Notes under the pieces: model-generated
What the model was told of the DNA's origin: nothing
What the model saw: only the letters and a program-made list of their open reading frames with translations
Database searches by the model: none
Translations under genes and position numbers: made by a program
In this document: piece after piece, positions 26,601 through 40,696 of the stretch
Layout of the letters: each line of letters starts with the position of its first letter
How positions within the stretch are numbered: the stretch's first letter is position 1
Assembly: GCF_009914755.1 (NCBI RefSeq)
Contig: NC_060929.1
Length of the DNA stretch: 64,000 nucleotides
Strand: one strand, 5' to 3'
DNA from: the human T2T-CHM13v2.0 reference genome, Homo sapiens

Positions 26601-29600
26601 AAATAGTAGTTGCTGCTTGGCCATTTTTTAGTTGACTCAGGGTCAACTGGAAACTGGTAATAGGCAATATTTAAGCAAAATTTATGGGAATAAAGTTTAC
26701 ATTTGAAAAAAAATATACTCGTTAGCTTATTTTTTTCCCCATGACAGGAGGAAGCCATTGTTTGCTTTTGACAGGTCTGCCCTTTGGCCCCACTCAGGAT
26801 ACCCATGTGCTTCCAGAGCATGGCTGGACACTATGGACTAGAGAAGATAGACTGGGCATTTTTCAAAGGGACAACTTATCAACTGAGTACCCTGGAACGT
26901 CATGTGCTGATTTTCATCTCATTTGCCTCACTGAGTATTAAGGGGACATATACAACGATTCCTGGGAAATGTGAAACATTCCCTTTTCATTACAAAAGCA
27001 ATATAAATAGAGCTATTTTAAAATTCACAATGTAAGTGACAACATGTTTCCCATTTCTGTGAACTCACGGTAACTCACAGTAACAGCCAAACTATCTTTG
27101 AGGACATTACCAAAGGTTTCTTTGACCCTACAGCCCCTGACAATACCATTACTTGAAATATTAGATGCAAATGAGGCTTTTCTTTGTAGCATTACTGGCT
27201 TTTCTTTGTGGCATTACTGCTATGCTTTCTTCTAAGAATAGCAATGGATTATCCTCAGCCCAGGGAGGAACCCCCAGGCTGCAGGTCATAAGACATCCTG
27301 GGCCCTTTCTGGCTCACAATGAAGAGGAGCAAGCAATGGAAAGTCATGCAGACATTTCTGTAATTCTCAGGGTCTAGTCATAGCACAGTCTCAGAGGGAG
27401 TGGTGGGTGAGCATGGGGTGCAGTCACTTTTGTTTTTCAACTGCCAGCCTTCTGTGGATACTGAAATGGCCCTGCTTTGCAGAAACTCGTAGTCTGATTA
27501 GAAGACGCGACACATGCTGTGAAATAGAAGACGAGTATTTGACTCACCCTATGGCTCCCTGCACTACTGCTGCCTGGGAAGGATGCCTGTCACAATCCCC
27601 ATCATTTGCTTCTTGTCTGTATCTAGGAGAGCCTCTCCCATGCTTCTGCTGCTGCCTCTTGGCAGACAGGTCAGCACCGCAGATTGGGCAGAAGGCCAGA
27701 AGAGCAGAAGCTCTGAGAGAGAACACAGTGGTGACTATTCCCCACTCTCCCTTGCTTGCCTCAGAGGAAGACAGTGGTCCCAGCTAAAACAGAGGGGTCT
27801 CTTGGGGCTCTGTCTTCCTCTGATTGGACCTTTGCTAATCTCCACAGCTGCATTTATCTCTATAATAAAGCAACCTAGCTTCAGACATGCTGTTTATTTG
27901 TAGATAGACTTTATGATGTAATAAGATATCAGCTGTGGATAGCTGAAGCCCAAATTGGTGTTTACCTCTATCTGGGAACCTTTCTGCACTTGTGGCAGCC
28001 CTTCAAAGACAGTTCAATGTGTATCAAAAGATTTTTTTCCCATGTGATTTTGAAGCATGAAAAAATATCATCCCTGACCCAAGGAGGATGAGAGTAGCAA
28101 ATGAAGCACACCAACAGGACACAAAGAAAACTCTACCCAAAAGGGCACACAGCTAAGGAACAAAGGCAGGAAGAACTCGGGGTGTGACCAGGATTTTCAA
28201 AAGCGGGGTCAGAGAGGAACTGATGGAAGAAAAGCTTATAGCTAGAATAGAATAGGAACTCAGAAAACTGGTGTTGTCTTGGGCTTATTTTCTTTGGCAT
28301 CTTGCTCACAAAAGGATAGAATGATCAAAGGATGGATGTCACCAAGAGCTAAGCCTAGGCCATTCCTGCCCAGAACATGGCACACTTTTAGGAAAATTCT
28401 TGAAGGGAAGAACTGATGTGACTGCCTAGATTTTCCCAGCGACATGATTCATATTCATCATAGTAGGCAGTTTGTAATGGCTGGAGCGGAGAATCTGTGA
28501 AGGAGTTTACATGGGGCTGAGCAGGCTCTTAAGAGAAAATAAATCAAACTACATCTGTAACTGAGATGGACTGTCCAAGGACCTGGGTGAGGGAGGGACT
28601 GGAGAGGAGTTGGCCTGCAGGGAGAGATAGGAGGGGACACTGAGACAGAATTCTCTGGAATGGAAAGGCTGACTCTGCCCCACTCAGGTGACAGTCTCTC
28701 TTTCTTTTCTCTCAAGTAATTCTTAGTCACTCCCTTTAATTGTAGTTATAGTTCTGCATGATCCCCTGCTGGAGAGGAAACTCCTCCTGGAGGGCTCCTG
28801 TGGTCTTTAGCGTGGTGTTCACGAATGGGCACTGTTTGAGTAAATGGCATGGCCAGAGTTCTCTGCTTTCAAATTGCAAATCTGGTGCCATCCACAGGAC
28901 CAAAGTTGCCTTCCTTCCTCATTGCCCCTGTGAGGTGGCTGACTGCCTGCACTTCTGCATGTCACCACATCTGGAAGAGGCCTGTGGGTACCAAAGGCTG
29001 AAAGTGGTTTGCTAGGAGACATGATGAACAGATAAATGATTGAATTCATGTCTGCTGAATTTATTTTCACTGTAGAAGTGCCAGGAGATTAAGAAACAAC
29101 AACAACTTCCTTAATTCCCAAAGGCAGTTGAGCTAGGGGTTTAAAGAGATGGACCAGGAAAAAATTCATACCATCATCTGGAGGGGATGCCCCAAGAAAA
29201 GAGCCAAGGAGGGAGGCAGGGATTGGAACTAAGCTCAAGGGGATTTTGGGCTACAACTTGGGGTTATTTCATATGCCCTGCCTAGGCACACCACCCCACT
29301 CACCTTTTTGCAGCACTGCCTTCAAAATTTCCCATTTTTTGACCACCTGAGCATCTGTCACATAGCTCCTTCATTGCTTGGAGATTCTATCTGGATGCCT
29401 CTATAGACGTCTGACACTCGATTCTACCCTCCCCTGACTCGTCTTCCACTTGTGCATCCCTGATCCCAGCTAACTCTGGAATGCTTCTTGGTTATTTCTA
29501 CAGCTGGGGGTTCTGCCAAGCAGTTGCGAACTGAGCCTTCCTGGAAGTCTACCGGGCAGCAAAAGGAGATGGGCCTCTCTGCAGGCTCTTCATTCCCACG

Positions 29601-30435
29601 GATATTCAATATCAACTCTTACGTTAGGTCTCTTGTGCCATTGTTCTCAAAGAGAGCTCTCTGTTCCTGTATGCCAAGGACAGCAGGACACAAAAATACT
29701 CTCTGCCACCTCTCTTTAAACAAACCTCCAGTTTTCTAGACCAAGAGAGATTACTTACACAAATGACCTTAATTGTTGGGTTGCTCTGAGAACTGTGCCT
29801 GTGACTCAGCAGCATCTCTCTGACCAGAGAATGGTTTTTTGATGAAGAAAGTCCTTAATGAACCAACCTATGTCTCAGTCTCAGGGTGCAGGCACCAAAA
29901 CAAAGGGTGCTGGACTTCTTCCAGAGCTGGAGGCAAGCCATTTCCTGAGTGCGGGGGTGAAGGCAGGAGCTGTGGCGGGGCTTTCTGGAGGCGGAAGCAT
30001 TTTCCCCCAGTCACCAGAAGTCCTCTCAGAGCAGAGAGCTCAGAGGGTGCTGATGTGACTGGGTTTCCAGTCTGGTTATGTTGTCATGGCCAGAGTCCCA
30101 TGGAAGGCTGAGTCAGCTTCCAGCTCGCTCCAAATGACTGCCTCTACCCTTTCACAGTATCACAAAGAGGCCACCCTCCATACCTGGCAGCAACTCTCTC
30201 CACCCCACTGGAGGCTATGCCCTAACCTGAAATCAAAGAAGTGGAAGCTATTTCCAGCAAGTTTTCTTGGATTATTTTCAACTCCTCCCCTTCCTGAGCC
30301 TTACCATCTAACCACGTTGCTCTACATGCTGTTTCCAAACCTGGCATATGTAGCCACCCCCTGTCTATGTTCAAAGAAGGTCCATCCTGCTCTTCTCTGG
30401 TTTAACACCTCAGCAGCCTTCAAGACCCAACTTCC

Positions 30436-30713
<278 letters not shown>

Positions 30714-31314
30714 AACACCCAACTTCCTGTCTACCTCCAAGTCCCACCAAGTTCCTCAGCCCCCAAAGACATCTTGGACACCTATGGGTCTTATTCTGTA
30801 ACCCACTCACTTGGCAATCATGTGTCATAGGTCAAGTTGTGGATAGACATACTCTTGTGACCACATTTGATCTTTTCTGTTATTTTTAATCTTCTTGAAG
30901 GAACCAACTGTCTAGGTATCTCCAAGAATGTGCAGCCTTATGTTTTCCATGTAATAGGTGCTCAATAAACTTCTGTTGATTGATTGATAAACTGAGGGTT
31001 TTGAATCCCCTAAGATTTTCTCCATGATTTTCTCATCATCCCAGAATAATTTCTAAATGTAACAAATCCTGTTACTCAGGGCCTGATGAATGCTTAAGTG
31101 TCTTCACATCTTTACTAAAAGGCAGACAGGAAGAGGGGATAAAAGCTAAACCAGGTACTCATCTTCTTGTGTAGGAAAATATTGAAATATGAGTCCAAAA
31201 TAAGGTTTGAGGATTATCTCTTGGATTAGATGAGGATTATTTAATTTTTATGTGTGCCATGTACCATGTAAACTGACATCAATTCAGAAAGTATTTATTT
31301 AATAATAAGGACTC

Positions 31315-31550
31315 ACTAATATTTGTTGAGCACTATTCTGTGTCAGGTCCTGTGCTTACCTGTCATTTTATTATTTAACCCTCACATCAGTTCTTTAAGG
31401 TGGGGTTGGTAAATCTCTGTTTTAAATATGGAGGCATTAGACACAGAGAGATTAAGTAACTTGTCTACCATCAGTCACAAAAGTGATTATGACGACAGGG
31501 CCTGGACTGGAACCCAGGCCAGTTTGACATCAAAGATAGCATTTTGAACT
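31315..31550 (-). mobile_element. MIR SINE
   Basis: atttgttgagcactattctgtgtcagg...agagagattaagtaacttgtct...ggactggaacccaggc. Confidence 0.72.
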
Positions 31551-34500
31551 ATATTTACCCTATATTTCCTCAAGGTAGATTTAAAATCAGACCGAAACAC
31601 CAAAGCACAAGGGATTATGGTGATTTTTCCATTTCCCCAAAGACCAGGGGACTCAACATTCGAGATGCTGCTAGAACTCTTATCTCTCTCTGCCCTTCTG
31701 CCTATTCATCAGCCAAGTCTCTATAGAGATAAAAATCAGAAATACACAAGAAGGGCTTGAAGCCCCTTTTCTTGATAACTTCATCCTGTTAAGGATAACA
31801 TCCTGGGCTCTGTCTTCTACATATAGAGAAGAATAGAAGCAGCTGATTCCATGATGGCTCAAGTGCCTGATCACTTCTTTGCCAGGACCCAGGTTAATGT
31901 GGAGGCCACCCAAACTCAGACTTATAGCCTTGAAAAGTGCAGACTCCATTTAAACAATCACTTTGCTGAAGGACCTAATTAGCATTTCAAGTCCCATGAG
32001 AAAATCCTACCTGACACTGATATCTTACTAGGAAGAGCAGCAGTTCCCTGAGCCTGAGTTCTGACTGGATAATGTTACCAAGTTGGTTCTGCAACTCTGC
32101 AGGCCTTGCTGGTGGCTGTGCTGTGCCTTGGTTGCAAACATTCATGGGGTTGGGAACATGCACAGGCTCTGGGTCAGCCTGCCCACGTGTCAATACAAGC
32201 TCCACCACTGATTGGTGAGGAACTGAGTAGCCTAATTCGTTAGGTCTCAATTTCTCTACTTATGGAATGTCCATAATGATGACTAACTCAAGGGAGGTTT
32301 CAAGGGTTTAGAAAATACAGTTCCAGTTTTTGGTTTACGGTGCAATTTTTAAACCTCAGCAAACTTCTGTTTACCAACATATTGCTTTTTGACTGGTATA
32401 ATATTTCTGAAATACAAACCACTTATATCATGCATCAAATTTTTAATCAACCAAAGATGTGCTCACTTACGGAGTATTCATCCACTTTCTATGGCTCTAA
32501 AGTAGAGAAACTTGATTATCATTAAAAGCAGTTTTTCTTGCATGAATAATTCTTACTCTAGTTCAGAAACTTTATCAACAAGTAGAACATACATCCAAAG
32601 GTATTAATATTGATACAAGAAATCTGCATGGGATTCTGTATCTATAATTAAATGAAAAAAGACAGAGTGGGAATGCTTTCTTTAAATATAAACCACAGTG
32701 TCTGACCAGTACAAAAATTGTCATCCTAGGTTGATGGAACTGGGATGGGGTGTGGTGGTCATACATTTTTCAAAGAGATTCCCTCATATTATCAAATAAA
32801 ATATTAGGTCAGGGCAGGCTGATGAAGGAATCAGAGGGAACTATCTGTAGCTTACTTAGAACGATCCCTTTATGATTCTAAATTTTCTAAATTTCTCTTT
32901 CAGAGAAATGCGAATATAACTCAGTAATGAGTTATTTACTTTTCAAAATCACATTTTGTATTTTATTTTTACATAATTATTTTAAAATGACACTTTAAAA
33001 TTCAGTCTATCTCCTGTAAATTTATATGATAATGCTGATGTAGGTATAACATCTATATTGCCCATATTTTATTTTTACTTGATGCTTTTATTTGTATATT
33101 GTTTTATACTCAAAATATGCTCAAGATTTAGGGTCACTAATTTTAAATTTTAACCTTTGAATTCTTAAAGTTATAAATATTCTTAATACCAGTATTTTGA
33201 TATTGTGAGACATAAATGTGAAATAAGGGCATAGTCATTGATTCAATCATTAGAAATAACATGTGTGTAACCCAGATGTTCCAGGTCTTGGCAGCTGGTG
33301 AGCACAAACCTAGTACCATTGGCAGACAGTGATCCATCCATCCACCAGACATGTATTAAATGCCTATTGTTACCAGGTACCAAGAACTTTTAGGAATGGA
33401 GGACACAGTGAACAAGATGGCCATGGTCCCTGCCCTTGGGAAGCCTGATAATTCCTTAATCTTGATGGTTCTGAGTCTTTCCAGGCTGGACGACAGGGGA
33501 TTGTTTCATGATAGCCTCCTATGTATTCCTACTCAAGTCATTCTACCTGTCACTCAGTGTACCAAGTGCAGGACATCAGCTCCTTCCTCCTCCCTCCCTG
33601 AATGAGCCCCAGGCAGGGCCAGGCCAGTTGCTGGGACACATGCTGTGGTATGACCAGTTTTCTGCCCTCTGCTGTGTCCTCAGGGGCGAACTTTCTTCTG
33701 CAGTTCTGTTGATGTGCCAGCGGGGCCCACATGGTGCTGGGTGCTGGGTTCCTTTGGACCTTGATGCCTCCTTGGTGTGTGGGGTGTCTGCTTTCTTTGC
33801 AAAGGCAGTTGCTTGCTTTCCATTGCTCCTATCTCACTTGCTCTCCGTTGCTCCTGTCTCTAGATGTCCATCTATTTTCCCCAGAAATGCCTGTCTCTTC
33901 TCATGCCCATCTTTTCTAAAAGGGCAGTCCCCCAACAGAGTTGCTGGAAGTGAAACCCAGAGTGAAGTAATGCCTTCCATTGTTCCACAGATTCTCTTTC
34001 CCAGGCTCCAGGCCTGCATGAGTCCACTTCTGATAATTCTAAGACGAGAATTACTTGTCATAGTTAATTTTACCTCCATCTGAGTATGAGTTAGCCTCCC
34101 ACTAAGGCAGGATAAAGAGAGGTGTAAAATCCTGAATGAGATCCTTAGCTCCCTGCACATAGCTCATCTTGGTTTGTGAGAAAGGAGGTGAAAAGGGTCT
34201 GAGGACCACCTCATACTGAGCTTAGAAACCTTGCTCATGACTCACACTTAGGTCTTGACCAGATTTCTTACTTCTGGGAATTTTCAACCTTATTTCCTGC
34301 CCTTTCATTTCCCAGCATCAACCTGACCAACAAAGACCCATGTAGACAGAGTTCTAGTTCTTTTTCATGTGATTCTGGGCCTTATGCAAACAATGGGGTG
34401 TGCCTATCAATGGACATCTACTCTCCTCCAACAAACACTGTAACTCTTCACATGTAGAGTGCACAGAGCACTTTTAAAGGGCATCTCCTAATTCCATTTA

Positions 34501-35039
34501 TCACCCTGCCCACTCCTACCCTCAAATACTTCTGTCCTCTTGGTGCTATCTGTGCCTACTCTGCCATCCAAGGCTTCAGTTTGGACAACTTCAATTGCTG
34601 TCTGCACTTATCCAAGAAATGTGGAAATTCATCATACCCCAAAACTGGGAAACATTATTTCTGGTAAAAGGCATGTTTTGGTCATACAGGAGACCTCTGA
34701 TTGCCTATTCTCAGATGTCAGATGAGGATATGAATATTCAGCATTCAACGGTAAGGTACCCTGGGCACTTGTGTTTGTTTTTTGCTCCCTTTGTCATCAG
34801 GGGCCAACCCCCACACCATGATATGTGTGTATGTGCACACGTGTGTGTGTATATTCACACATGTATATAAATTTCTTAATGGGCTGGGTCAATTTTGGTC
34901 ATACTTTGAATGTTAGTTTTTATCAACTTATGGCAAATAAAATCTTTCTCCCAGAATGTTCATATTCTTTAGAAGTAAAACTGAATCCCACTGGATATTG
35001 TGATATATTTAAAGCCACATCTACCTACACTCAAATCTA

Positions 35040-35600
35040 TCTATGCATCCATTCATTCAACAAATATCTACTGAGCCAAGCACTAGGGACACAGAAGTTG
35101 ATAATAATGTCTTGGCTCTCATTGCCCTCAATGCCTGTCAGAGAGACAGTTAAATAGGCAAGTTCAGTGTAGCTCCGACAGTGCCCTAACAGGAGTTGAC
35201 CAGGGGTGTCATGGAACAGCAGAGAAGAGGCACCCAGCCCAAGAAGGGATGTGGAGGGACAGTGAGGAATGCCTTGTTGAGGGAAGGATTTTTGTGCAGA
35301 GTTGTGAAGGCTACACCCAGGCCACTGAGAGAGTCAGGAAAAGCATGCTGAGGAGAAGGAGCTGCAAAACATTTGGGCTCCAGAGTTAGTGCTTGCTTTA
35401 AATCTTGCCTCTGCCTGTGACTGTGCCTGTGACTGCCTGTGTGAGATTGAGCAAGTTACTTCACCCCTGAGCTGTGTCTATTTCATATGTAAAGCAGAGA
35501 TGACAATATTGATGACACACGGAATGAGTATATTCAAAGCACTTGGCATGGTAAAGGGCACAGATTAAGAACTTAAAACATTGTTGTTATTATTGCTGTT
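35040..35600. mobile_element. L2 3' end (minus, ~35040-35340) followed by MIR (plus, ~35370-35600)
   Basis: catccattcattcaacaaatatctactgagc is an L2 tail; tgagcaagttacttcacccctgagc is a MIR core. Confidence 0.6.
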
Positions 35601-36339
35601 ACTACTGAAGCCTCAGAACCTGGCATGTTAGGAGACATGCAGGTAGCTCAGGGTGGCTGGACCATTGAGGAGTAATGGGTCTTGTGAGTTGCGCTAAGAT
35701 GAAGACTAAACATGACTTGGAAAAGTACAGTGCCTTAGGAGCCAGGGAGAGTTGTAACAGACTTTTAGTTTAGAAATATGGGCCAGATATGCATAGTGTG
35801 GATTTTTTTTGTACATACACTTGCTTTCACTTTTGCCCCCACTGTACTCCCATGTACAAAGAGCAGAATGACATCCTCCATTTAAATTGCAGCATCAGAC
35901 AGTCTCAAAAAGTTCCAGGGGCACTTGATTCATGGAACCTGCCCAGTGGACAATGATAATTTATTGCAATGTCCAGTATTCTGTTTGCAGCCTCTTTAAA
36001 TGTTAATGATGACTAATGTAATTATGATTGAGAAAGTTCCTGGGCCAGTGTGGGTCTAATTTAATATACAAAGCCATCTGGAGCTATGCAGGATTTTTTA
36101 AACATTTTTTTCCAGACCAAATTTGGATGGCTTCTAGCCACTATAAGTCAAACCTATAGCAAAGACACTACCCTCAGACTCTAAGGATCTAGAAGGGAAG
36201 CCCAGTGGCCTGAGGATGACTCAGAGGATGCAAGGCTGATGATAGATTTTGTAATCTCCCGGCTGGACAAGAGGCCAGATGAATGGCTGCTAACTATGCT
36301 TAGAAAAAACAATTCACATTTCTTCCCATGCCTATAAGG

Positions 36340-36670
36340 CTTTTGATAGTCTAGTTCTTGCCTCAGTGCCCCTCCACAGTATTCCTGAAATGCACCAAGG
36401 CCTTCCTTGACAACCCTGCCCAAAGTAGAAAGCTTCCTTGTGTCCCCTACTCAGTTCCTCCTGTCCTCTAACCCTGCTTTCTTATATCACTTGGCAACCA
36501 CTAGAGTTTATTAAGCATTTATTATCTGTCTCTGTACTAGAACATAAGCTTTATAAGATCAAGGACTTTTTATTTTTGCCTCACTGCACCTGTAGTACTT
36601 GGAACAGTGTCCAGTACATAGTATAATTTCAAGAAATACTTATCGAATGCGCGAATTTATAAATGAATCC
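36340..36670 (+). mobile_element. L2 3' end
   Basis: ctagaacataagctttataagatcaaggac...gaacagtgtccagtacatagta...aaatacttatcgaatg...aaatgaat. Confidence 0.68.
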
Positions 36671-36739
36671 ACAAGTCATCTCTTTGATTCCACAGCGTAC
36701 CCCCACAAGTAGGAACTCTCACTCCTCTCTCCTCCTGAG

Positions 36740-37258
36740 GTAAACGGCATTTCCAAAGATGGTGACAATAATATGTCCCATCCCACATGCTCTGGAATCA
36801 GACCTTGACAATCCTCCATCAAATGGTGGGTCTAAATCGCTGTGGTGGAAGCTGGGATAACTCTCAATGACTTACTTTGATGAGGATGCTGCGACACTTT
36901 CCAAGACTGAGCCTTAGACATCTTCAGTATCTCCTGAGAAAGTTACCTCTTAGAAGGCAGCTGCCATACTATAGTCCAGCTTCCCTGAGACCCCCATGCT
37001 GTGAGGAAGCTCAAAATATCCACGTGCAGGGAGAGAGACCAAATAAAAGAGCATTGAGGTGCCTGCCATGTGGGTATAGCCTTCTGATGTCTTCCATCTC
37101 AGCCAAACCACCAACTGAATGTAGCTGAACAAATGATGTTAGCATAAGAACATCCCAGCTGAATCCTGCCTGATTTCCTGACCTACAGAATTGTGAGTAA
37201 TTAAAATGATTGATTCTTTTCCAAACCACCAAGTTTTATGCACCAAAAGATAAGTCGA
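36740..37258 (+). mobile_element. MLT1 (G/H-like) MaLR solo LTR
   Basis: aaagatggtgacaataatatgtcccatccc...ccatgctgtgaggaagctcaa...ccagctgaatcctgcctgatttcctgacctacagaattgtgag. Confidence 0.7.
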
Positions 37259-38509
37259 ACACTGCCCATCAGTTTCTAGTTATCAGCACTCCACATTGTC
37301 TCCTTCTCCATGGGACTGTGGGGCAAGAACTCCTTCCTCGGTCTTCATCTCCTCTCTGCCTTGACATTCATCCTCTGCTCCTCTCCCTTCTCAGAGGTAG
37401 AAGCATCTCACAAACAACAGCTACACCTACCTGTGTTGTTAGCTGCACTTACCTATGGCCTCATGACCATCTGAAATCTGGCTCTTAAACTCTGCTGAAA
37501 TTACTGTCTCAAAATCTTGTTAATTTCCTTCTGGTTGTCAGACACACAAATCTGTTCTGTGTCTTCCTTCCCTTTGACAGCACTGTAGTCCAGATGCCGC
37601 CTACCGCTCCCTAAGCCATGAACGCTCGCCTCGCTGGACCCCATCTGTATGTCTGGGTGTCTGAATAACCTTCCTGGGAGATGAGCCTGTCTTGTTTTCT
37701 TGCCTGAATATTCATCATAGAAGAATGAGTGACGTTTTCCCTTCCACCTCTTTAGGAGGTGGCCAGGAGAGCTCTGTGTTCTGGTGGTCATAGGTGAGGA
37801 AGAAGTTAATAGTTTCTTGAGGTTTTTAGGAATGGTTCTGAATATCACATGCAGGCTTTCTGGGGGGATTAGGGCTTGGTGAAGAGGAGTCCTTGGTGTT
37901 GGAGAGATGTTTCCTGAGACCAGGAAAGGGGAGTGGGGTTTGAATGTCTTCCGTGGGGTGGCAGACATAAGTTCCAGTTGAACTCCCTGCCTTGGAGGTA
38001 GATGGACCCCCAAATGCAGATCATTCCATTGCAGTACTGAGAGGATTGATCAAATGACAAGGGTCTTCTTTGTGGAAATCCTGAAGAGGGCCCTAGCACC
38101 AGCCTGGCTCAGGGGTCTTGCTTCATTTGAAGCTCCAGGAGGAACGGGTTAATTCTCTTTTGTTTTTCTGTTTTATTCCCAGCACCTGCTATAGTGTCAG
38201 GGACAGAGTGGATGCTCAAAAAAAAAAAAAAAAAAAAAAAAACCCAGAAAAAAAAAACCTCTGTTGAATGAATAAGATGGAGCCACAGCTTAGGACAGAT
38301 TGCGGTGATCAGCACTTGTTAGTGGCATCAGGTATCCATAGGAGAAGGGCATAGACCAAGAGCCCTCCTTTAGGTACACAAGTGAGTCTTCAGGGCCGTG
38401 GTACAACACAGAAAAAGGTGCCCCCAGAATAACTGAGACCAAAGTTCCTTCCAATCTGGGCAGGAGACACTGAGCCAGACTTCATATAGTTCAGAAAAAT
38501 TTTTAAATG

Positions 38510-38730
38510 CTAAGAGCCAACATTTATTGGATATGATGTGCCAGACATTGTTCTAAATGATTTTCATGTATTGATCAATTTAATCCTTGCAACAATTCCA
38601 TCATTAGCACAATCACTAGATTTTTTTTTTACAAAGGAAGAAACTGAGGCAGAGGGCTAAGTAACCCATCTGAGGTCACACAGCCAGGATGTGAACCCAG
38701 ACACGCCTACTTCAGAGCTTGAACTACACC
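38510..38730 (-). mobile_element. MIR SINE
   Basis: aacatttattg...tgtgccagacattgttctaa...gaaactgaggcagag...gaggtcacacagccaggatgtgaacccag. Confidence 0.75.
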
Positions 38731-39795
38731 AAGCAGCAGTTAATATGTGAGATATCTTACCAGCAAGAGGCACAAAGCAAATTCATACTGTTTATGCCTG
38801 TTTCTCCAGTCATTACACATTTAATGCTGTATATACACATGTATATAGATTATACATAACATTTTAATACTATAATAAAATATTAATTTTGACAGAACAG
38901 GTTAAGGTTAGAAGTAGAGATTTTTTTTTTTTCTAGTAATAGAGTGTAACAACATGGAGTGGGCTGTGCCTTGTCTGCCACCGAGATGATACACACCTGG
39001 TCCCCTAACTAGTGCCGGCTATGGAGCAGAATAATTCCTGGAAGAATTTGTCCAGTACTTACTATGTACTGGAACTTTATAAGGCAAGTAGTGTTATCCC
39101 CACATTAGAGATGAGGGAAAAGCAAAGTTAAACAATTTGCCCAAGCTGATGATTCTTAACTGCTACTCCACACAGGGCCGTTTGCTCACATCATGCTGAA
39201 AGGTCTGTTTTTAACACACAGCCTTTGCTTGTCTGGGAGGGAGTCAATTAATTCAGGAAGAAATCTTTAACAACCATGTAAGGGACCTTCAGGATATTTG
39301 TGCACCATCTGTAAATATAATAACCAGTTACAATTATGGCAGAACATGACATATATGTATGTGTCCCCTGCCCTCATAACAAAAAGTCAGATTTCTCTGG
39401 GCAGTGGTTTATTATCAGCTAAGGATCTGTAACTGATGCTAATGGATTTGCTTGTTGGAACTTTGTCTTTGTAAACCCTCCCTAATGGGTTTTAATTTCA
39501 CTGAATTTCAGCCTGATGGTTACTGCAAGCAGCTCTTCCAAATTAGCCAACACTTTAACATCTCCTTTTCACCTTTTCTAATAAGGACTTTGAATAAAGG
39601 TCCCAAAATGGGCCCCAAAATGCAGGTCATTCCAGAGTGCTGGGAGGACTGACTGAAGGTCCTTATTAGAAAAACAAGTATTAGGGGGTGGAGCCAAGAT
39701 GGCCGAATAGGAACAGCTCCAGTCTACAGCTCCCAGCATGAGCGACGCAGAAGACGGGTGACTTCTGCATTTCCAACTGAGGTACTGGGTTCATC

Positions 39796-40122
39796 TCACT
39801 GGGGAGTGCCAGACAGTGGGTGCAGTGCACCATGCGTGAGCCGAAGCAGGGCAAGGCATCGCCTCACCTGGGAAGTGCAAGGAGTCAGGGAATTCCCTTT
39901 CCTAGTCAAAGAAAGGGGTGACAGATGGCACCTGGAAAATCGGGTCACTCCCACCCTAATACTGCGCTCTTCCAACGGGCTTAACAAATGGCACACCAGG
40001 AGATTATATCCTGCACATGGCTTGGAGGGTCCTATGCCCACGGAGCCTTGCTCATTGCTAGCACAGCAGTCTGAGATCAAACTGCAAGGTGGAAGTGAGG
40101 CTGGGGGAGGGGCGCCTGCCAT
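39796..40122 (-). CDS. L1 ORF0 (antisense 5'UTR ORF), open, 108 aa; translation unproven
   Basis: MAGAPPPASLPPCSLISDCCASN... is the known ORF0 N-terminus. ATG at 40122-40120 in a strong context (GCAATGG). No stop until 39798-39796. Confidence 0.7.
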   Translation of the reverse strand: MAGAPPPASLPPCSLISDCCASNEQGSVGIGPSKPCAGYNLLVCHLLSPLEERSIRVGVTRFSRCHLSPLSLTRKGNSLTPCTSQVRRCLALLRLTHGALHPLSGTPQ

Positions 40123-40696
40123 TGCCCAGGCTTGAGCAGGTAAACAAAGCGGCCGGGAAGCTCGAACTGGGTGGAGCCCACCATAGCTCAAGGAGGCCTG
40201 CCTGCCTCTGTAGGCTCCACCTCTAGGGGCAGGGCACAGATGAACAAAAGGCAGCATAACCTCTGCAGACTTAAATGTCCCTGTCTGACAGCTTTGAAGA
40301 GAGTAGTGGTTCTCCCAGCACGCAGCTTGAGATCTGAGAACGGGCAGACTGCCTCCTCAAGTGGGTCCCTAACCCCCGAGTAGCCTAACTGGGAGGCACC
40401 CCCCAGTAGGGGTGGATTGACACCTCACACGGCCAGGTACTCCTCTGAGACAAAACTTCCAGAGGAATGATCAGGCAGCAGCATTTGCGGTTCACCAATA
40501 TCAGCTGTTCTGCAGCCACCGCTGCTGATACCCAGGCAAACAGGGTCTGGAGTGGACCTCCAGTAAACTCCAACAGACCTGCAGCTGAGGGTCCTGACTG
40601 TTAGAAGGAAAACTAACAAACAGAAAGGACATCCACACCAAAAACCCACCTGTACGTCACCATCATCAAAGACCAAAGGTAGATAAAACCACAAAG

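Noticed and set aside
37501-38013. 170-aa minus-strand ORF in TRPC7 sense
   Set aside because: Non-ATG start, no TRPC or other recognisable similarity, no convincing splice context.
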